A DNA stretch of 60,656 bases from a virus (Duplodnaviria > Caudoviricetes). How positions within the stretch are numbered: the stretch's first letter is position 1; each line of letters begins with the position of its first letter. Positions 55,439 to 60,656 of the stretch are shown here, in pieces. Under the pieces are notes generated by a model. That model had not been told where the DNA came from. It saw only the letters and a program-made list of their open reading frames with translations, and made no database searches. The stretch is taken from positions 1-60,656 of IMG/VR virus record IMGVR_UViG_3300049002_000003, one strand, 5' to 3'. Both the position numbers and the translations under genes were made by a program.

Positions 55439-55726
55439 CTACAGGAAGAGGGACTTGAGCTCGCGCTGCGCATCGACCTTGTAGTGCTCATTGGCGACCA
55501 CGGAGCCGTAGAGAACGATGTCCCAGCCGCCGTCCGCGACGTTCTGCCGAACCTCCGCGATGCCCTTCGAGTCATCCCGGTTGAATCCGGACGTTCCGGC
55601 CTTCACCATAACGTAGGTGGTCCCGCCGGACTTCATCGGCCGCGCGTTCGGGTCGGTAAAGAATCCGGTCCAGACCACGTCGCCGTACTTCGTGGTCTTC
55701 GGGGTGAAGGTCTCGGTCACGGGCAT
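55439..55726 (-). CDS. Hypothetical early protein
   Basis: ATG 55726 with a GAAGGAG RBS, directly behind a promoter repeat. Confidence 0.7.
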   Translation of the reverse strand: MPVTETFTPKTTKYGDVVWTGFFTDPNARPMKSGGTTYVMVKAGTSGFNRDDSKGIAEVRQNVADGGWDIVLYGSVVANEHYKVDAQRELKSLFL

Positions 55727-55742
55727 CTCGCGGCTCCTTCGG

Positions 55743-55805
55743 TCGGGCGGTACCGCCTGAGCGTATCGCCAGATCGGCAACTTGCATACCGCCGAACGGC
55801 CTAAC
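55743..55805 (-). promoter_or_regulatory. Bipartite early promoter repeat, copy 3
   Basis: TTAGGCCGTTCGGCGG-N23-TACGCTCAGGCGGTACCGCCCGA on the minus strand. Confidence 0.75.
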
Positions 55806-56391
55806 GTTGCAGATCGAGGAAGATCGTCCGGTACGTGCAGAGGAAGTCCTCTAGGTCATCCGCTCGCATGCCGCGAAGCTCAGCCGGCCAGTCTGTACGC
55901 GGTATGCGCCCGACGTGGCGCTGTGTCCAACTCGGGACCAGCGCGAGCCAACCCGCGCGGACGCCAGCATGGAGGTACAGGGACTGCGGCTCAAGCCTGA
56001 GGTACGCGCCGCATCGCACGGCTACGTCATACGTCGTCACCGGGCCGATGCCCTTCGGCCGGATGCGCTCGAATTCGTCATACAGTGCGTCGAACGTCTT
56101 CGCCAGGTTACTTGACCCCCGCAGAATCTGTCGGCCGAATTCGATCCGCGCATTCAAGTCGACTTTGGACTGATGATTGTGGTGCTTACCATTTGCGTCC
56201 CGCGACAGTACTGCGCGCTCTACCGCAATCCACCAAACTGCGGCTTCGGCGCAGTAGGCGACGACAGCATCTCTGCGGGTGTCGAGTCCACCGCCGGGGG
56301 CAGTCCGTCGCTCCCAATCCCGCAGAATAGCGCCGAGCGAGGTAAGCGGCTCTGCCGGAGGCGACGTGTCGAACAGCTTCGCGATATCCAT
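55801..56391 (-). CDS. Helix-hairpin-helix protein, distantly DNA-glycosylase/base-modification-like
   Basis: 'KGIGPVTTYDVA' HhH-like motif, 'YLHAGVRAG' and C-terminal 'LEDFLCTY'. Confidence 0.5.
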   Translation of the reverse strand: MDIAKLFDTSPPAEPLTSLGAILRDWERRTAPGGGLDTRRDAVVAYCAEAAVWWIAVERAVLSRDANGKHHNHQSKVDLNARIEFGRQILRGSSNLAKTFDALYDEFERIRPKGIGPVTTYDVAVRCGAYLRLEPQSLYLHAGVRAGWLALVPSWTQRHVGRIPRTDWPAELRGMRADDLEDFLCTYRTIFLDLQR

Positions 56392-56411
56392 GACTCTCCT
56401 CAAATGGTGAA

Positions 56412-56452
56412 CGGACGGGCGGCCGGAGTAGTTCTCACGGCACGCCCGTCCG
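56412..56452 (-). terminator. Intergenic stem-loop
   Basis: CGGACGGGCG / CGCCCGTCCG 10-bp stem. Confidence 0.6.
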
Positions 56453-56463
56453 CCGAATGGGGA

Positions 56464-57594
56464 CTAGCTGACCTCGATGAGCTTGTCGAGCGCGACGCTA
56501 CGCGTGGTACCCGACGCCACGTCGGTGAACGTCACCACGCGCGTGTTCCGCTTCGGGTGCGGCGCGACGTCCACCAACGCGGCCTTGTGGACCTCGACCG
56601 ACTTCTTGGTCTTCGGGTCCATGACCTCGATGGTCCGAGTAGCCGCCACGACCGCATCCTCGACAGCGCGAGAGATCCCGTTCACCCAACGAACAGTCCG
56701 GCCGCGTACGCCATCGCGCACCTCGTCATCGGTCGCGGACTTCGGGTCAAAAGGGAAGCGCTGCTCACGCGGCTTGGCGGCTGCCTTCCGTGTGGGGGTC
56801 TGCGACGCAGCGGACGCAACACCCTTCCGGCCGGGAGCGGCCTTGACGGCGAGCCGGCCGCCTTCCATCTGGGACAGGACCTGCGAGACGTTCCGCAGCT
56901 TCACGGTCCGGCCGGCCGACGTGTACGACGGCATGTCGGTCAGGTCGAGCTTCCCGCTGTCGAAGTTGACCACGATCACTTCCGCATCCCGGGACAGGGC
57001 GACCGAGACCTTGCTGCCTTTCTCCGTAACGGCGGACTTCCAGCCGTTCGCCTTCGCGCCGTCCTGGAGTCGCGCCACCTTCGAATTCGCGGAGCCGTCC
57101 GCCTTCGCGGCCGGCGCCTTCGCGACCGACTTGGCCGGAGCGGCCTTGACGGCGCGCTTCGCATCCTGCGCTGCTTCCTGCTCGCGGATACCGGCATTCC
57201 TCGCACGCCCGCGCTTCTGCGTCTCGGCCGGAGTCTCCGGCGTGGCCTTCGCGGGCGTGGTACGAGTCGCGCGCTTCGCGGCCGGCTTCGCGTCGGCGCG
57301 GCGCACCGACTCGCGCTTCAGCGCAGCCTCGCGCTTCGAGCCAGGCGTGACCTTCGAGAGCGCGACGTCCAGCTCAAGGTCGGTCATCTGCCCGACCGGA
57401 ACCGAGGATGCCGGCGCGGCCTTCCGAGCCGGCGCCTTCGCGACAGTTGCATTTCCGGTCAGAATGGCGCTCGCGGCTTCCACGAAGTCGCCTTCGGTCT
57501 TGATGTCTGCGGGATTGACGGTCCGCTGCGCGGCCTTCGCCGTCCGGGCCGACGCTGCCGGGCGGCCGGCTCCGCGCTTCACGGTCACGGTCAT
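56464..57594 (-). CDS. Lys/Ala-rich putative DNA-binding protein
   Basis: 376 aa; PAK/AAK low-complexity tracts between small globular domains; GAGGAG RBS. Confidence 0.7.
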   Translation of the reverse strand: MTVTVKRGAGRPAASARTAKAAQRTVNPADIKTEGDFVEAASAILTGNATVAKAPARKAAPASSVPVGQMTDLELDVALSKVTPGSKREAALKRESVRRADAKPAAKRATRTTPAKATPETPAETQKRGRARNAGIREQEAAQDAKRAVKAAPAKSVAKAPAAKADGSANSKVARLQDGAKANGWKSAVTEKGSKVSVALSRDAEVIVVNFDSGKLDLTDMPSYTSAGRTVKLRNVSQVLSQMEGGRLAVKAAPGRKGVASAASQTPTRKAAAKPREQRFPFDPKSATDDEVRDGVRGRTVRWVNGISRAVEDAVVAATRTIEVMDPKTKKSVEVHKAALVDVAPHPKRNTRVVTFTDVASGTTRSVALDKLIEVS

Positions 57595-57642
57595 TTCGGG
57601 TCTCCTCTGTGTGTTCTGCGGGTGGCGAGTAGTCGGGGCCGG

Positions 57643-58065
57643 TTAGGAACTGAAGTAGGTCTCGGACAGCGCGTAGTCGGTCGAGAAGGCGCGGAAGTGC
57701 GTCCCGTTCGGCATCGAGTAGAAGACGGCCGTACCGTAGTGGTGTGCGGTGTTCGCGAAGTCGATCCGGAAGCTGGCGGCTTCCGCGACAACCGCGCGCA
57801 GATCGTCGGTCGAGACGTTACTGAGGCTCGGCTTCCAGGAACCGTCCTTCTCGACGTCCACCATGAACTTCGCGGCCGGGATGAGCTCCAGGTCCTGGAT
57901 GCCGAGCGCGGTCCGGACGCGCCGGACGAAGTAGGCGACTTCGGCCGACGTCGGCAGGACCGTGACGGCCTCCGCGACAGCCTTGGCCATCAGCAGCGGC
58001 TTGCCCTGGCGCTTCGCGGCGTACCAGCGGTCCAGGTAGGTCCGGCAGGCGGCGGTTTCGGTCAT
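57643..58065 (-). CDS. Hypothetical early protein
   Basis: GAAGGAG RBS, directly behind a promoter repeat. Confidence 0.7.
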   Translation of the reverse strand: MTETAACRTYLDRWYAAKRQGKPLLMAKAVAEAVTVLPTSAEVAYFVRRVRTALGIQDLELIPAAKFMVDVEKDGSWKPSLSNVSTDDLRAVVAEAASFRIDFANTAHHYGTAVFYSMPNGTHFRAFSTDYALSETYFSS

Positions 58066-58090
58066 CGGTGGCTCCTTCGGGTCGGGCGGC

Positions 58091-58155
58091 TCGGGCGGTA
58101 CGCCCTGAGCCTAGTTGCGGTTCGGCACTTGCAACTCCGCCGAACGGCCTAACTT
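58091..58155 (-). promoter_or_regulatory. Bipartite early promoter repeat, copy 2
   Basis: TTAGGCCGTTCGGCGG-N23-TAGGCTCAGGGCGTACCGCCCGA on the minus strand. Confidence 0.75.
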
Positions 58156-58568
58156 CAGTTCGACTGCTCTGCGGCTTCGTCGGGGTGCGCTGCGGCCCAT
58201 CGGTCGTACGCCTCTTCGCGGACGGCCTCCATGTCCGGCTGTACGGCGTTCTTGAGTATGGCGATGAAGTAGGCAGCGTTGCGCGCCTTCCCGACGTCGT
58301 CTTCTGCTTCGGCTCCGGCCTGTAGCCGTTCCATGATGTCGTCTAGCTCAGCCCAGTACCGGTCCAGGAGCTTCCCGCGCACGCCCGGTAGCAGAGCCTC
58401 GCCAATGGCGCGGCCTAGCTCCTGTAGTAGCTCGCGGCTCATGTAGTACGTTGCGCCCTGGCCAGCCTCAGCCTGTCCCTGCCCGCCCATATGGTCGAGT
58501 TGGACGATGAAGTCGACGGCAGCGCCGCGAGTCTTCCGATCAGCCGCAGTAGTCGGCGTGATCTTCAC
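58155..58568 (-). CDS. Hypothetical protein
   Basis: GTG 58568 overlapping the upstream TGA. Confidence 0.6.
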   Translation of the reverse strand: MKITPTTAADRKTRGAAVDFIVQLDHMGGQGQAEAGQGATYYMSRELLQELGRAIGEALLPGVRGKLLDRYWAELDDIMERLQAGAEAEDDVGKARNAAYFIAILKNAVQPDMEAVREEAYDRWAAAHPDEAAEQSN

Positions 58569-58798
58569 AGCCGACCAGCCTTGAGCTCCGTGCGGATCTT
58601 GGAGCGCTCCACATCCATGAGGAATGCCAAGCTGCTCTCGATGCCCCAGAGCTTCCCAATGGCCCGTTGGAAGTCGTCGCGTTCCTCCAGCAGAGCCTTC
58701 CCGTTCTCGATTGCGTGCCACTCGGCGCACATCTTGGTTATCGAGTCGAGCACGTTATCTGGCGTGAATCGCTCTGCCAGGAATTGATTGACAGACAC
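58565..58798 (-). CDS. Hypothetical protein
   Basis: GTG start with a GAGGAG RBS. Confidence 0.6.
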   Translation of the reverse strand: MSVNQFLAERFTPDNVLDSITKMCAEWHAIENGKALLEERDDFQRAIGKLWGIESSLAFLMDVERSKIRTELKAGRL

Positions 58799-58826
58799 TC
58801 GCTGCTCCTCTGTATTGGCGAGACGG

Positions 58827-58865
58827 ACGGGGCAGTAGCTCGCTCGCGCGATACTACTGCCCCGT
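58827..58865 (-). terminator. Intergenic stem-loop
   Basis: ACGGGGCAGTAG / CTACTGCCCCGT 12-bp stem. Confidence 0.6.
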
Positions 58866-58876
58866 TCGGGCTGCGA

Positions 58877-59701
58877 CTACTCGCTGATAATGCCCTCTGC
58901 GAGCATGGCTTCCGCTTCCTTCTGGCTCGCGTACCAGTAGCCGTGGTTATGGGCGCAGGTCTCGCCGTAGCCGGATGCGCGGCTCCGGAGCAGCGACAGC
59001 GGAGAGGAGCAGTAGCCGCAGATCTTGAACTTCCGGCCGAACAGCCGCGCGGCCTCTTCGGGCGCCTTGGCGAGAGCCGACAGGATGTCGCGCTGAGTCG
59101 AGCGGCCCAACTTGACCTCGTTGAAGCTGCCGGGCGCGCCGATCAGACCGTTGACGAAGACGTAGCCGGCCCAACGGCCCTTGGCAGGTCGATCGACCTT
59201 GTAGAATCGCACAATGCCGTCATCTCCGGCGAGCGCGTACTTGCCTTCGGGAACCTCCTGCGCCTTCGGCTCGCTCGCCGCAGCAGGCTTCGGCTTCCGC
59301 GTGCATGCGCCGGACTGGAGGAAGTCGATCAGCGCGCTGGCGTCGCGCTTCGAGACGAACTTGCGCGCGTCCGCGAGATCCGGGTTGCGAGAGATGTCAG
59401 CGGCTGTCGGGTTGCCCGCGATGTCGAACAGCCGTTCGCGTAGCTCCGGAATGGCGTCCATGACGCGCTCCGGCACGTCGCGTTCCGCGTACAGCACTCG
59501 CACGTAGTCTTCCTGATTGAACGTCGCCTGGTCGCCGGACAGCGTTCCGACGCGGTTGGACGGCATCTGTCGGTTGCCGCCCACGTAGCTCTGTGCCGGC
59601 CGGTAGGACTTGGTCTCTCCGCCGTAGCCGACTCCTGCGCAGCTGCGCGCTTCGGCCGTGGTGTTGTGATAACCCCTGCACTGTCCGTGGTAGACGCTCA
59701 T
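58877..59701 (-). CDS. DUF6011-domain protein
   Basis: ATG 59701; 'VPEGKYAL...RFYKV' and C-terminal 'CGYCSSPL....SRASGYGETCA'. Confidence 0.7.
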   Translation of the reverse strand: MSVYHGQCRGYHNTTAEARSCAGVGYGGETKSYRPAQSYVGGNRQMPSNRVGTLSGDQATFNQEDYVRVLYAERDVPERVMDAIPELRERLFDIAGNPTAADISRNPDLADARKFVSKRDASALIDFLQSGACTRKPKPAAASEPKAQEVPEGKYALAGDDGIVRFYKVDRPAKGRWAGYVFVNGLIGAPGSFNEVKLGRSTQRDILSALAKAPEEAARLFGRKFKICGYCSSPLSLLRSRASGYGETCAHNHGYWYASQKEAEAMLAEGIISE

Positions 59702-59717
59702 CTGTGGCTCCTTCGGG

Positions 59718-60026
59718 CTAGGCGTTGACGAGAACGCGACTCGGCGCCCAGGTCGAGTCGTCGCTGCGGGCGATATTGCACGGGCGGCAGGACGGCTGTA
59801 CGTTCTCGCGCCGGTAGCTCCCGCCTGGGACAATCCGATCGGCTTCAATGTCCTCGAAGGCCAGTTCGGTCTGGCAGTGGACGCAAGGCACGGTCTCGCC
59901 GTTCCCGCCGAAGCCGGACAGCGGCGAGAGGAACCAAGCCTTGCGAGCGCGCCGCGCCGCTGCGCTGCCGCGCTTGTCGCCACCGTTCCGGCTACCGCGA
60001 CTCGCGTAGCTGTTCGGGTGGCTCAT
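59718..60026 (-). CDS. HNH endonuclease
   Basis: 'CVHC...EADRIVPGGSY...NVQPSCRPCN'; Arg replaces the usual first His. Confidence 0.75.
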   Translation of the reverse strand: MSHPNSYASRGSRNGGDKRGSAAARRARKAWFLSPLSGFGGNGETVPCVHCQTELAFEDIEADRIVPGGSYRRENVQPSCRPCNIARSDDSTWAPSRVLVNA

Positions 60027-60050
60027 CGTGGCTCCTTCGGCGGCAGTTCG

Positions 60051-60115
60051 TCGGGCGGTACGCCCTGAGCGTAGGGCTGTATTTGCAGTTGAAGTACCGC
60101 CGAACGGCCTAACTT
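60051..60115 (-). promoter_or_regulatory. Bipartite early promoter repeat, copy 1
   Basis: TTAGGCCGTTCGGCGG-N23-TACGCTCAGGGCGTACCGCCCGA on the minus strand. Confidence 0.75.
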
Positions 60116-60129
60116 GCATTAGAGATGGC

Positions 60130-60165
60130 GGAGCCGGTACCTGCTCGCCAACAGGTACCGGCTCC
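60130..60165 (-). terminator. Probable terminator ending the late/lysis transcript
   Basis: GGAGCCGGTACCTG / CAGGTACCGGCTCC perfect 14-bp stem between the holin and the first early promoter. Confidence 0.75.
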
Positions 60166-60233
60166 TACGCCGCGCGCCTAGCTCTCGCCACAGAGGAAGA
60201 CGAAGCCGTCCGCGTACGCCGCGCGCCTAGAGG

Positions 60234-60497
60234 TTACGGGAGCGGCCGAGCCGTAGGCGATGCCTCCGTGGCCCTGTACTGGTGCCTCGCGCTGTAGCCG
60301 GCCGCGAAGGAAGCGAGTACTGGCAGCACGGGCGCCAGAAGCGCCGATGCCCAGTCGGGAAGATCCGCCACGAGGTTGCCGCCGGTCAGCCCTGCGACAG
60401 CGGCCACGAGAATGAGCCCCACGAGGTACTGCGCGATAGCTGCGACCTTCAGCTTGAGCTCGACCGGATAGTTGCCGGACGGGTTGGGATTCGTCAT
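60234..60497 (-). CDS. Holin (two TM helices)
   Basis: Directly after the endolysin stop; two hydrophobic segments and an 'AAGYSARH' C-terminal motif. Confidence 0.75.
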   Translation of the reverse strand: MTNPNPSGNYPVELKLKVAAIAQYLVGLILVAAVAGLTGGNLVADLPDWASALLAPVLPVLASFAAGYSARHQYRATEASPTARPLP

Positions 60498-60506
60498 GTC
60501 TGCCTC

Positions 60507-60656
60507 TCAGGGTTTGTTGGGTTGATCGGGCGGAGTGGTGTTCGTGAGGATCTGCTTGACGGCCTTCTCCAGCGAGTCGAGCCGCTGTAGCACTCCGGGG
60601 TTCTTGGGGTCCGGGTTGCTCAGGTAGGCGTTCGTCCGCGTGTTCGACATGGCGCC
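60507..60656 (-). CDS. Endolysin 3' end (continuation of 1-892)
   Basis: In-frame ...LDSLEKAVKQILTNTTPPDQPNKP-TGA. Confidence 0.85.
   Translation of the reverse strand, partial: GAMSNTRTNAYLSNPDPKNPGVLQRLDSLEKAVKQILTNTTPPDQPNKP
60530..60656. repeat. Terminal direct repeat (copy 2)
   Basis: Identical to 1-127. Confidence 0.95.

Noticed and set aside
55743-60115. Promoter repeats as a CRISPR-like mini-array
   Set aside because: The copies are dispersed 2 kb apart, the two flanks differ from each other, and each lies directly upstream of an RBS.

Overview
The window is an apparently complete, circularly assembled genome of about 60.5 kb from a high-GC tailed phage. A 127-bp terminal overlap closes the circle. 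It has a long tape measure and no sheath gene (siphovirus-like), and the host is probably an actinobacterium (inferred from GC and gene content). Essentially all real genes are on the minus strand. In transcription order: small/large terminase, portal, MuF-like protein, scaffold, capsid, head-associated fibre/enzyme genes, head-tail and tail genes, an amidase endolysin spanning the window ends, and a holin. An early region follows with three copies of a bipartite promoter-like repeat. Next is a replication/recombination block (SNF2 helicase, Cas4-like exonuclease, AAA ATPase, SSB, primase fused to an MCM-like helicase), then a nucleotide-metabolism/modification block (FAD oxidoreductase, HAD nucleotidase, DUF1599-like, UDG, dCMP deaminase), DnaE, ThyX-like and RuvC-like genes. 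I recognised no integrase, repressor, tRNA or canonical CRISPR array. The most striking feature is a solo Cas7/RAMP-like gene (32191-32835) accompanied by several non-coding arrays with a 5-nt period reading GGY-NN on the transcribed strand (32851-32945, 33288-33519, 25676-26099, and short tracts at 27052-27101 and 31342-31406). This is a candidate RNA-guided system in which the variable dinucleotides would carry the information. Also notable are a long stem-loop whose loop is antisense to a ribosome-binding motif shared by six genes, and a duplicated ~100-bp palindromic element. All protein calls come from motif recognition by eye, not from database searches.
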